A stretch of DNA of 56,781 bases from Burkholderiales bacterium (GTDB lineage Bacteria > Pseudomonadota > Gammaproteobacteria > Burkholderiales > UBA11063): assembly GCA_019744945.1 (NCBI GenBank), contig JAIETT010000020.1, forward strand, positions 1 to 56,781, read 5' to 3'. Positions 11,076 through 20,419 of the stretch are shown one piece after another (within the stretch, counting starts at the first letter, position 1; each line of letters opens with the position of its first letter). The position numbers and the translations under genes were made by a program. The notes under the pieces are model-generated. The model saw only the letters and a program-made list of their open reading frames with translations. It was not told where the DNA came from and searched no databases.

Positions 11076-11888
11076 TTAGGTTTTTTTGTGGATCTTTTTA
11101 AGTGCTGACTCACTATTTATATCGCTCATCGCGAACTTATTAACCCTAATTCCTCGAAAATATCCTAATGTTTCTGGTGGGCGGTACTCAATATTTTTCC
11201 ATATTTCATGAGCAGCTACGCCAGTGTTATGTACAAACCTATTTATGACTTTAAACATTTTTCTTCTTAAATCCATGTAGTCTTTCCTCACCTGACTAAA
11301 TGGCAATACCGAACTAATATCTTTAAAAATATATTCAATACCAGACCAATTACGAGTCTTCAAAAATGAGTGCAGTTCACTCATTTTCTCCTGAATATAT
11401 TTATCACTAAGGCCATAGGTCCATACTTCATTTATATTTTCTTTTTGTAACTTATCTTCAACTATAATTGTTTTTTCTTGATTCACTCGACTAAGTTGAT
11501 AATGATTTATCTCTAAGCGTTGCTCTTTTTTCGTTAAATCAAAATATTTTAATTTATCAAAGAAATTATTATGTTTGATTCCGCTTAACGATGGTTTTGA
11601 CATCAAAACAAAGTATACGGTATCACCACCAGGATAAAAGAAATGCCCAACTGTTACCGCCTGATTGTAGGTATTATTTCTTCGAGAGCGATCTCTCTTA
11701 TTTTCTGAAATAATGTATTCACCGTCCAGACGATTTAATACTGATTTTAATTTTTCAACTGGAAAGGAGCTCTCAAAATAATATGTATAATTTTCTTTAG
11801 CACTCATTTGTATTATGCTCATAAATTCAATCATTTTTGAGACGTAATAGATTTTATTCAAATCCGCTTTATGTTCATATTTAGACAT
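11076..11888 (-). CDS. Basic hypothetical protein, candidate plasmid replication initiator
   Basis: Long Lys/Arg-rich ORF (ATG 11888 with AGGA RBS) between a DnaA-box hairpin region and an operator; Rep role is inferred from context only. Confidence 0.4.
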   Translation of the reverse strand: MSKYEHKADLNKIYYVSKMIEFMSIIQMSAKENYTYYFESSFPVEKLKSVLNRLDGEYIISENKRDRSRRNNTYNQAVTVGHFFYPGGDTVYFVLMSKPSLSGIKHNNFFDKLKYFDLTKKEQRLEINHYQLSRVNQEKTIIVEDKLQKENINEVWTYGLSDKYIQEKMSELHSFLKTRNWSGIEYIFKDISSVLPFSQVRKDYMDLRRKMFKVINRFVHNTGVAAHEIWKNIEYRPPETLGYFRGIRVNKFAMSDINSESALKKIHKKT

Positions 11889-11946
11889 TTTTATTCCTAA
11901 TTTATTCAAATTAGTAACTATTTTATCTATTCAGTAATTAATTTCT

Positions 11947-11964
11947 ATACCCTAAATTGGGTAT
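11947..11964. promoter_or_regulatory. Palindromic operator, copy 2
   Basis: ATACCCtaaattGGGTAT. Confidence 0.75.
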
Positions 11965-12020
11965 TTTTATGTAAATGTTCTGGAAATTCAAAAATTTATA
12001 ATTTTTGGGTAATTTTCGTT

Positions 12021-14214
12021 GAATTTGGGGGCTTTCTCCCCCAAATTCTTAAATTTGTCGCATTTTGATTTTTCAAAATTGCGACAAGATAATAAAGGTT
12101 CCTTGGCGTGAGCTAAAAGCGAGTGCCAAGATGACGTAATTTATTTACACAATAAACCCGTTTAATTTGTTGTTGTGTTAAGATTATGTCATCAACAGAA
12201 CCGCATGATGTAAATTGCGGTTACCTATTAACTGGTTGCTAAACAGTAAGGTATCTAGTTGTAAATTGCCGATGGAGCTGCCAACTCTTGACGCTGTAAA
12301 GCATAGGTAGTGATTTAACTCACTACATTTAATTTCTTAATTAACTAAACTATGTCTGCGCAGCGAAAGGAGCAAAAATCGCAGACAAAAATCATCTTAA
12401 CTGATTGCCAATCAGTTCAATTTATTTACTTAACTTATCAGAGAGCAATTAGATGGGACCGCCAATTCTATTTGATTGCAAATGTTGCAAACACGCAAGA
12501 TTGCCAATCTTGTTTGTTTCCTAAGCCGAAGCGCAGTACCGTGAAGAATGGTTCGCTGTCGCTACGAGTGGGGCTAGAGATTCACCTCTCTATCTATCCA
12601 CATCCAAACAGACTACTTTGCACCACTGGGGTGCAGGTTGGATGACCGTGAGCCAGCAGGTAGATAAGGCATTAATTTGCTCAAACTACTGGTTACACAA
12701 GAGTTATGTTATGTGCCAGTTGGCACCTATGACGTTAGTAACTGATGTAACTTAATCGTTAATGTAAAGGGCGCGAGCCACGACTGAAACGATGAGCTTG
12801 TTACAATTAAAGTGGTGATAAAGGACAACTATGTGGAGTTATCTCCTAAAAGACGTTCTGTGAGCTTGGCGGCTCACTAATCCACCTCCTAATGTAGCGT
12901 GAGCTATATGACGGAGCCAGACATTCAAGGCTGCTGAGGCGTTCCGAAAGGGCGCAGGGTTCTGAGATGGTCGAAAGGCTGTTGGATGAACTGGTACCAG
13001 CAAAATACTGCACCGAGTTGCAGAATAATGTTGGATCGCTGGACATAGTTTAAGAATGTACAGGGAAGTTTCAAGACTTTCTATCTGGGAAGATGCAGAT
13101 GTGTCCGTGCCGATAAGGCGAAACTTGATACGATTACTAAGCTGATATGGGTGGGACTTTCCAGGAACCTTATACCACACATATCGGTGTCAGCAATGAC
13201 ACAAAGTGAAATAATCGCAAGGCGGCAAACAGCGCATTTAAAGCAATTGTAACTATGCGGGGAAACGCTAACGATTTGAGTAATTTGTGAGGTTTTGTTT
13301 ATTGTCGATGGCAATAAACAAAGCTAGGTAGGATTGTCACAGGACAAGCCGACAAGCAGATGAAATTAACATTGTTGCTTAAGTAACAATGTACAACAGG
13401 TCCAAGCGTGGGAGACTCGATGAGTAGGTTCAGATACGTCAGATTATTGGTATTGGATGGCTCCAATAACAGATCGGAAACTGATAGCAAAACGGTGGCA
13501 CCAAGCCGTATTGTGAACGAAAGTCGGGGGTGGAAGGTGCGTAGTCTATGCCAATAAATTAATCTTGATTAGTTTATCAATAGAGTGCGTACTTATGGAC
13601 TTCATAGGCAACTATGATGTGCAATATTTTTTCTCTGATAAAAAGTTGGCGAACTGTTTTAGCAACAGTTCGTACTTTAAAAAACAAATCATTCTAGTTT
13701 GATTTTTAGGGACAGTATTAGCCCAAATCTTTAGTTATTCTTGGTTGGCACTGAGAGTAATTTGTGGATTAACTGAGATGCATTAGCATTTCAGTATGGG
13801 ATAGTAGTATCTAAGGGTCAGACTATCAATTAACTCACTATGTGGAGCATGCTATTTGTGTGCACCCATAGTGGGTCACACGTTACATGCTCCTTTTTTA
13901 GGGGCCAATCATGGTAGTCTTTCTTTCCGTTTTTAATCAAGTAAATAACTTTATATCGATTGCGCTGTTACTTGAATCTAAATGTTGTCAAAAACAATTG
14001 GATTTACATTTTCGGTCGATAGCGTGGTTTTCTATCAACAAAGCTTTTGTTGATGATACTTCGTAGGTCAATGTGGGTTATACCACCGTTGCAATGATAT
14101 TTGTAATCATTCTAGCCAAATGAGAACATAAATCTAAGCTTCAAAATTTAACTATTATTAAATCATTTTAATAATAGGTTAATTCAGTACTCAGTTTTTA
14201 AATAGATGGTACTG
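12021..14214 (+). ncRNA. Candidate very large structured non-coding RNA region
   Basis: No credible ORF, higher GC than flanks, near-continuous hairpins, many GNRA-capped stems and G-U pairs that only work on the + strand. Confidence 0.6.
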
Positions 14215-14225
14215 GTCATAAAAGA

Positions 14226-14564
14226 TCAACAACTAAACTTAGTTTTGATTTCAATGACAATAAGTTGTTCAGATTTATTCTTGAACAGTTCAATTAATGA
14301 GGAGCAACGCTCTGTTTCCCAGTAAACTGTGTTTGCTGGATAATTAGTGAGAAGTAATTTATTACTTTTCGTTTCAATAACTATTAAGGACGCCCTAGTG
14401 CGTCCTTTTGTTTTTCTGAAGACATAAAAAAATAAATCAACCAGTTCTACATAGCTCCATTTTGCGTATTGCGCTTGCCGCATTCGTAAAAATGGAGCAA
14501 CCAAACTAAATGTTGACCAATATTTAGTACTCGCTACGCGAGTTAATTGGACAGAATGTCCCAT
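14226..14564 (-). CDS. Possible hypothetical protein
   Basis: 112-aa ORF, no motif; may be spurious. Confidence 0.25.
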   Translation of the reverse strand: MGHSVQLTRVASTKYWSTFSLVAPFLRMRQAQYAKWSYVELVDLFFYVFRKTKGRTRASLIVIETKSNKLLLTNYPANTVYWETERCSSLIELFKNKSEQLIVIEIKTKFSC

Positions 14565-14608
14565 TCGTTTTTAGGTTTTCTCAAAACAAAACCTAAAAAT
14601 GGTTGCAA

Positions 14609-14780
14609 GCCGCATGACAGGGTTTGATCAAACACAAAATTCAGCTATCGAGTTGAATAGCAAGATGGCTATATCATTGCCATCGCAGTTTAACTCAACG
14701 AGTGGCTGTTGAATTTTGTCCTATCGCGCATGGGTGGGTGGGACAAAGTCATGCGGTGGCAAGTGGAGTTACCACTTGCC
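14609..14780. other. Long nested hairpin (candidate ssDNA promoter or ssi)
   Basis: GCCGCATGAC 14609/GTCATGCGGT 14748; ACAAAATTCAGC 14634/GTTGAATTTTGT 14708; adjacent GGCAAGTGG-agtta-CCACTTGCC. Confidence 0.55.
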
Positions 14781-14789
14781 TTATCTTGA

Positions 14790-15047
14790 TTAATTCCATT
14801 CCTCAAAAATTGTATATAAACTATTGTAATATGCAATGGCTTCATCTTCACTAGCAAAGTTTAATGCCGTTGCTACTCTATCTTCGCCATTATCAAAAGA
14901 GCTTAACATTTTTAGCCATGATGATAGATTACCAATCATCATATAAGTACCAATAAAATCTTTTGCTTTCTGACAATTAAAAAAACATACTTCAACAGTT
15001 TCGCCATATTGTAAAAGTATGCCGATGGTAAATTTTTGTATTTTCAT
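14790..15047 (-). CDS. Hypothetical protein
   Basis: 85-aa ORF with GGAG RBS. Confidence 0.65.
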   Translation of the reverse strand: MKIQKFTIGILLQYGETVEVCFFNCQKAKDFIGTYMMIGNLSSWLKMLSSFDNGEDRVATALNFASEDEAIAYYNSLYTIFEEWN

Positions 15048-15111
15048 TATTAACTCCGATTATAAAAAAGCCGTGGGATTTCCCACGGATTTAGTTGTTA
15101 TTTATTATTGA

Positions 15112-16413
15112 TTAACTAGCAATGTTTATTTTCTCCTCAAACTCCTCAACAACCGCCCATACCTTAGGGTGTAATGATTCCAAACGCTGTTGAAGTTTTT
15201 TGCTAAGTGATTCTAGCTCCTCAACTTCAATAAATACCTCACTAATACTAGCTAGTAAATTGGTGTACTCAGTTTTACTGATTACCAGCAATTCATCATT
15301 AATTGCTTTGGGTTTAGCCTGATTTTTCTGGGTTTGGTTAGTAGCTGTAGCTATTATCTTTTGATAATTCTCTATCGTATTATTATCAAATTGGCAGCTC
15401 TCCAGATATTGTAAAATTTTTGTACGGTCATCAATTTCGCAAGTTGGCACAAATCTGTTATATGACTTAACCCATTTTAATTTAAGTTTTCCTAATATTC
15501 GATTCGGATTTTTAACCCAAAACTCATTAATTTGGTCGCTTGCCTCTCCTTGTTTATGCGTTACTGTATTTGTAATCTCATGTATTTTATTTCCTGTTTT
15601 ACGAAGCAATAAAATATCTACTGTAACCGTAGCTTGTTCAAACATATTTTCAGGTAAGCGAATAACATCAATAATAACGCTCTCGCCGTTTATAATGTGT
15701 CTGGTGTTGTTTCTAGGTATATCCATATAAAAAGATGGTAAAACAAATGCTAAAATACCATTATCTTTCAATAAACGCATACATTTAGCCGTAAAATAAT
15801 GATGAATAGTGTAACCATTCAACTCAGGCATAAAATCATCAGTTATTTTTTCTCCCGAATATGGTGGATTACCAATAATTAAATCATATTTCCTACCACT
15901 AAAATCTATGCTTTGTAATCCATTATTGATAATTTCAACTTCTGGATAAATACCTTTTACTAATTTACTAGTCAAAATATCGTATTCAACCCCTGTAAGG
16001 TTACTATTTGCTTTGATATGTTCAGGCATATACTCAAAAAATGCACCATTCCCACAACTTGGTTCTAATATATCACCACCCGTAAACTCACAAACTTGTT
16101 CTAAATATCGATACATGAATTTAATAATCTCTTTGGGTGTGTAATAAGCACTTTTAGTGCTTTGGCGTAAATGTTCTAAAATAGTTTTTTCTTGCTCTGT
16201 TCCAAAATTAGCTCTTATAGCTCGCATAACTTGACCGTATAATTGCTTATCCCAAAAACAATTGCGTAACCCACCAAATCCTTTATATTGTTTTAATATT
16301 TCACGCTCTGGATTACTCTTTGCTAGCTCCTCTAAAACACGAACATTAGTAATAAATTGTTCTAGTTTATGAAGTGGTAAAGTTTGATTTTTTGAATTGT
16401 TATTTTGTTCCAT
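15112..16413 (-). CDS. Solitary N6-adenine DNA methyltransferase (DarB-like N-terminal MTase domain, no helicase)
   Basis: YKGFGGL, SAYYTP, ILEPSCGNGAF (motif I), IIGNPPY (motif IV); start at MEQNN after GGAG RBS. Confidence 0.85.
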   Translation of the reverse strand: MEQNNNSKNQTLPLHKLEQFITNVRVLEELAKSNPEREILKQYKGFGGLRNCFWDKQLYGQVMRAIRANFGTEQEKTILEHLRQSTKSAYYTPKEIIKFMYRYLEQVCEFTGGDILEPSCGNGAFFEYMPEHIKANSNLTGVEYDILTSKLVKGIYPEVEIINNGLQSIDFSGRKYDLIIGNPPYSGEKITDDFMPELNGYTIHHYFTAKCMRLLKDNGILAFVLPSFYMDIPRNNTRHIINGESVIIDVIRLPENMFEQATVTVDILLLRKTGNKIHEITNTVTHKQGEASDQINEFWVKNPNRILGKLKLKWVKSYNRFVPTCEIDDRTKILQYLESCQFDNNTIENYQKIIATATNQTQKNQAKPKAINDELLVISKTEYTNLLASISEVFIEVEELESLSKKLQQRLESLHPKVWAVVEEFEEKINIAS

Positions 16414-16486
16414 GATGTATGCTCCAATAAAAAAGGCTGGTATTAAACCAGCCATTTATTAAAATTAATTCTTTGTTAGTTGTTAA

Positions 16487-16810
16487 TTATTGAAATTTGT
16501 CTTTTAAGATTTCACCAGCAATTTTTTCTAGGTACTTAATCTCCTGCTGAAATTCAGGTAGTACGACTTCTACCTTTTGATTGTTTTTAACGCTACAAGC
16601 TAAGCTATCTTTTATGCTATGGTTAAAGTGCGTATATAAGCGATTCCATTGCTTATTTACTTCGCTAAATACCTCAATCACCGAATGACATTGGAATGAA
16701 TACGAATCACTTTGTAATTCAAGCCTAATCATGTTATTAGTACCCTGAATGATTTTCTGCACGATTACGCTTTGTCTACCTTTTGAGATTTCTAATAAAA
16801 CTACTTTCAT
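16487..16810 (-). CDS. Hypothetical protein
   Basis: 107-aa ORF with AGGAG RBS. Confidence 0.7.
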   Translation of the reverse strand: MKVVLLEISKGRQSVIVQKIIQGTNNMIRLELQSDSYSFQCHSVIEVFSEVNKQWNRLYTHFNHSIKDSLACSVKNNQKVEVVLPEFQQEIKYLEKIAGEILKDKFQ

Positions 16811-16857
16811 AAAATACTCCTAAATAAAAAATAGCTGGTTATCAACCAGCTTTATCA

Positions 16858-17343
16858 TTAACTATGAAAATCAACTAAAACCAAGTGTGTTGGCTCATCA
16901 TCTAAACCAGTTAAACCAACCTCTGACCAATCCATATCATATTTAGACTGTGTAATAATGTCAGTTATTAAATATGAGGCAGTAAGTACTTTAGTTTTAG
17001 AGTGGATTTCCCATGCCAGCAATTCTTGTGCTGTTTGTTCATCTAATTTATTTAACAAGTCTATGATTTCTTGCTTAACCTCTTGAAGTGGTCTATAGTT
17101 ATGATTTAATAGTTGAAGTGATTTATTTATAAAATTATTTGGTTCATTGCCTAAAATTGAAGTAAGTTGCCATCTATTACTATTCTCATCTTCTAAATAA
17201 TCATGTAGATTATTCAGGTTATAAGTACCTATTATTTGAAACCAGTCCACGTCTGTATTCTCTACATCTACCCATAAATGGATTCTTTCAAATGCTTCTT
17301 GACAACTTCCAGCATTGACTTTAATAAAATGTATGTTGTGCAT
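16858..17343 (-). CDS. Hypothetical protein
   Basis: 161-aa acidic ORF ending VLVDFHS; AAGGA RBS. Confidence 0.7.
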   Translation of the reverse strand: MHNIHFIKVNAGSCQEAFERIHLWVDVENTDVDWFQIIGTYNLNNLHDYLEDENSNRWQLTSILGNEPNNFINKSLQLLNHNYRPLQEVKQEIIDLLNKLDEQTAQELLAWEIHSKTKVLTASYLITDIITQSKYDMDWSEVGLTGLDDEPTHLVLVDFHS

Positions 17344-17353
17344 TATTAAATCC

Positions 17354-17752
17354 TTATCTATAAAAAATCTTGCAATTATGGTTTAATTCAATAGCTCCTA
17401 GTAGCTTTTGAAATGCGCTACTAATATGTTCACCATGTGTAATTTGGTCTTGATATGGACTAGCAAAAATCAGATTATTGAAGCAAAAACTATCCAAACT
17501 ATAACATTCACTGTCTTGCACATATCCCAGCCTGTCCAAACTTCTTAAATCCTCTATTCTGAAACCAGAATCTTCAAATTTTGGTATATGGTTAATATTA
17601 AGCAAATTTTCTTGCAAAAAATTTGTCCATTCTTCAAAATTACAAATTACGGCTTGATAGATATTAAATTTATTGTAAAACTCAATAAGATTTATAACTT
17701 CAATCTGTTTTTCTATTTCTTTATCATTCCAATAAATTAAAATTTCTGTCAT
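17354..17752 (-). CDS. Hypothetical protein
   Basis: Start MTEILI after AAGGAG RBS. Confidence 0.7.
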   Translation of the reverse strand: MTEILIYWNDKEIEKQIEVINLIEFYNKFNIYQAVICNFEEWTNFLQENLLNINHIPKFEDSGFRIEDLRSLDRLGYVQDSECYSLDSFCFNNLIFASPYQDQITHGEHISSAFQKLLGAIELNHNCKIFYR

Positions 17753-17924
17753 AAAATACTCCTTGTAATATTTGTTTAATGTGTTTTTGTTCTTTCTCAA
17801 GCCCTTAACACTTCACGGTAATATAGTTGCCCTCAACGTCCGCCAATGAAATGCCAGTTATTAATCTGCTTGTTACTCAAAAATCCAACTTGTAAAAGAG
17901 CTACTGTTAGGGTTTCGATTAGTT

Positions 17925-18360
17925 TTCTTCCCCCTACACCCACAAGTCGGCACAACAAGAGAGCACCGTTAGTCCATTAAAATTATTTTCATCATTTATT
18001 TTGCGAAGTCAAAAAAAATGTGATAAATGATTTTTGGATTAGAAAAACTAGGAATGAGATACAGATAAAAAATAATGAAGAAAGCTCGGATAATTTCCTG
18101 CCGAGCTTTTGAATGATCCATGCTTGATTAGTGAGTTGAATTGCACGCATTTTATGAGCGTGAAATAAAAAAGCTCCAGCACAATTAAATGGCTGGAGCT
18201 TTGTATAGCGATTAAAAAGCAAGTGCAATTTATGAGTGATAACTGCTCGTTATCACTCAATCACTTCAAGGATGGCAAGATTAACAAAATGTAGCGAATG
18301 ACATAGCTTTTCTTAGTGTGAACGTTGTGCAAGAATTGTGGGTGTTGAATGGGGGAAGAA
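17925..18360. other. ~440-nt branched fold-back element (Frpo-like ssDNA promoter candidate)
   Basis: TTCTTCCCCCtACACCCACAA..GCACAAC (17925-17956) pairs with GTTGTGC..TTGTGGGTGT..GGGGGAAGAA (18324-18360); internal hairpins AAAGCTCGG/CCGAGCTTT and AAAGCTCCAGC/GCTGGAGCTTT. Confidence 0.6.
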
Positions 18361-18408
18361 CTGAACAATGGGAGCATCTTATGATGCGCCCATTGCACAA
18401 AAGATTAA

Positions 18409-18786
18409 TTAAGATAATAACGGCAACTGATTCTTTAAAGCTCCACTAATAACACCATCGAGCTCTGTTATCGTAAAATCATTTGCTGATAATGCATAAT
18501 TTAGCAGGTACTGAAATTTTGGCTCAGTTGCTGAGTTTGGCACATTAACTGTGATTTCGTCATATTCTTTCTTAAACACAGCGGTTACAAGTGATTTTAA
18601 TAAATATGCATTTATCAAGTAATCATTAAATAAATACATTTCAGTAACATTTACTAAGCTATGCTCATGTGAAATATGACCTTTAATAACATGATTTAAA
18701 TTATTGTTTATATTTTCGCAATCTTCAAAGTCAACAATAATAACTGTGTCTTTGAATTTTACTTTGGCATTAATATTTAAACTCAT
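18409..18786 (-). CDS. Hypothetical protein, third gene of par operon
   Basis: 125-aa ORF co-oriented directly after the ParR-like gene. Confidence 0.65.
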   Translation of the reverse strand: MSLNINAKVKFKDTVIIVDFEDCENINNNLNHVIKGHISHEHSLVNVTEMYLFNDYLINAYLLKSLVTAVFKKEYDEITVNVPNSATEPKFQYLLNYALSANDFTITELDGVISGALKNQLPLLS

Positions 18787-18796
18787 GATTTTATCC

Positions 18797-19111
18797 TTAA
18801 TCTAAAAAAGAAGATTTTTTTGCTACTGGAGCTTTATCAGTTTGCACCACTTCGCTAGTAGTAGATTTAAGTTCTACTGGATGACTGTCCTCTACTACAT
18901 TTATATTTTGATTCAATATAACCTTACCATCAAAATTAGTAACTGCGCCATTTTGGTAAGCTTTAAGCCCTATCATGATTAATGATCTCATTACTTCTGA
19001 TATAGCAAGATCCTCACCAGCAATTTCTTTTATCTGATTGAGTAAATTTATATTAACCTTGCCACTAAAACGCAGCGATACAAGTTCAACTTTGTCTTTT
19101 TTATTGCTCAT
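18797..19111 (-). CDS. Putative ParR-like ribbon-helix-helix partition adaptor
   Basis: Small ORF immediately after parM; VSLRF..ISEVMRSLI RHH-like pattern; flexible C-tail. Confidence 0.55.
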   Translation of the reverse strand: MSNKKDKVELVSLRFSGKVNINLLNQIKEIAGEDLAISEVMRSLIMIGLKAYQNGAVTNFDGKVILNQNINVVEDSHPVELKSTTSEVVQTDKAPVAKKSSFLD

Positions 19112-19112
19112 A

Positions 19113-20108
19113 TTATGCTCCATATTTTAATAATTTAAGCATACCACGAGCATTGCTATTAATTGGATCTTTAACGAATTTGGCAAGTTCTGGACTGTAT
19201 AATTTTTGCAATTCTTGCTTAAGCAATAATGATCCACCACCAATAAATGCTATTAAGCTAATATCGGCAGAATTTTTAATTTTATGTTTAACATTATTTG
19301 CTATTTCGTCAGCTAACTCCATTTTCAAGCCTGCTAGGATATCAGATACATCAACATTTTTTGGTTTATATATTCCATTGTTGCGAATAATATCATCAAT
19401 CATTTTATCTGGAATTGCATTCACATCTAGCTTAGCTTTCACCTTAGTTGTCAGGTTATCTTTTAACCACAGTCCACCAATATCATTAGTTGTGGAACGA
19501 CTAAAATCAATTGCTTCATTATCTAATGTAACAATATCAGTCGTTCGCCCACCAATGTCTACAATACAGATAACACCTTTTTGATTAAAATCTTCAATTT
19601 CTTCATTGATTGAACCGTCTTCATTATATTTTAAATCAAAGTATCCTGCAACCCCCTCAGAACAAATACGATGATCAACAATTACTGGTTTTGTATTTGA
19701 ATTTAAAGCTATTACTTCACGCTCAAATGAAAGCTTTTTCTTATCAAGTAAATTACGATTTTTTTGGCCACTCTCAATAAAATATTGATTAAAAGGTAGG
19801 CCAGTACAAATACTACATTCACCATCTGCACCAGCTCTCAATAGCGCATGATAAACCAACACTAAATTTAGATCGCTGAATGGGAAATCGTCCGTTCTAG
19901 TTTGTAGAAATCTATGCCCAGCATTGATGGATGGCTTTTCAACAACAGTAAATCTGTGTCCATTGACTTCGTATAAAAAACTTTCATTTTCTTCACTAGT
20001 GATTGATAAATATGGATAATGCCCTGACAACACCCTTGAAGGCACATACAGTGTTTTACCATTAACAATCTTAACCGCATCGTGTCCATCATCTATTCCG
20101 TAAAACAT
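19113..20108 (-). CDS. parM: Plasmid segregation actin ParM/StbA
   Basis: GIDDGHDAVK, CTGLP, SEGVAG, IVDIGGRTTD, FIGGGS, NARG actin-fold motifs. Confidence 0.9.
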   Translation of the reverse strand: MFYGIDDGHDAVKIVNGKTLYVPSRVLSGHYPYLSITSEENESFLYEVNGHRFTVVEKPSINAGHRFLQTRTDDFPFSDLNLVLVYHALLRAGADGECSICTGLPFNQYFIESGQKNRNLLDKKKLSFEREVIALNSNTKPVIVDHRICSEGVAGYFDLKYNEDGSINEEIEDFNQKGVICIVDIGGRTTDIVTLDNEAIDFSRSTTNDIGGLWLKDNLTTKVKAKLDVNAIPDKMIDDIIRNNGIYKPKNVDVSDILAGLKMELADEIANNVKHKIKNSADISLIAFIGGGSLLLKQELQKLYSPELAKFVKDPINSNARGMLKLLKYGA

Positions 20109-20210
20109 AATCGTCTCCTTTTAAATTTTAATATGTATTTTATTTAGATGTTAAATGTATTTGATTTCAAATGCACTTACGACATTCTACAGATTGCGCG
20201 AAATTTTCCT

Positions 20211-20228
20211 ATACCCAAAAATGGGTAT
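20211..20228. promoter_or_regulatory. Palindromic operator, copy 3
   Basis: ATACCCaaaaatGGGTAT upstream of parM. Confidence 0.75.
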
Positions 20229-20349
20229 TTTTTGCTAAAAACGCCACTTTTTAAATAAATCATGCTGGTTTCTGTATTTCAAATATATGTTATCTGTAGT
20301 TGATGTGCAAATCATATTACATTGATTTAATTATAAATAAATATTAAAA

Positions 20350-20367
20350 ATACCCATATTTGGGTAT
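20350..20367. promoter_or_regulatory. Palindromic operator, copy 4
   Basis: ATACCCatatttGGGTAT upstream of glycosyltransferase. Confidence 0.75.
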
Positions 20368-20419
20368 TAATTATAATTTTAACTTCTCTACAATGGATTA
20401 TCTTTTTTTGAGGTAATCT

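Noticed and set aside
12352-13490. ORFs 12352-12645, 12839-13180, 12846-13046, 13081-13314 and 13299-13490
   Set aside because: Overlapping, no RBS or motifs, atypical composition; better explained by a GC-elevated structured region
13490-13552. AGCCGTA...GAAA as group II intron domain V
   Set aside because: No downstream TACGG complement or domain VI, and no RT/maturase ORF; CCGT pairs upstream instead
17992-18260. ORFs 17992-18228 and 18048-18260; likewise 24760-25005 and 42732-42962
   Set aside because: Fall within hairpin elements, the tracrRNA copy or the cas9 promoter; no coding evidence
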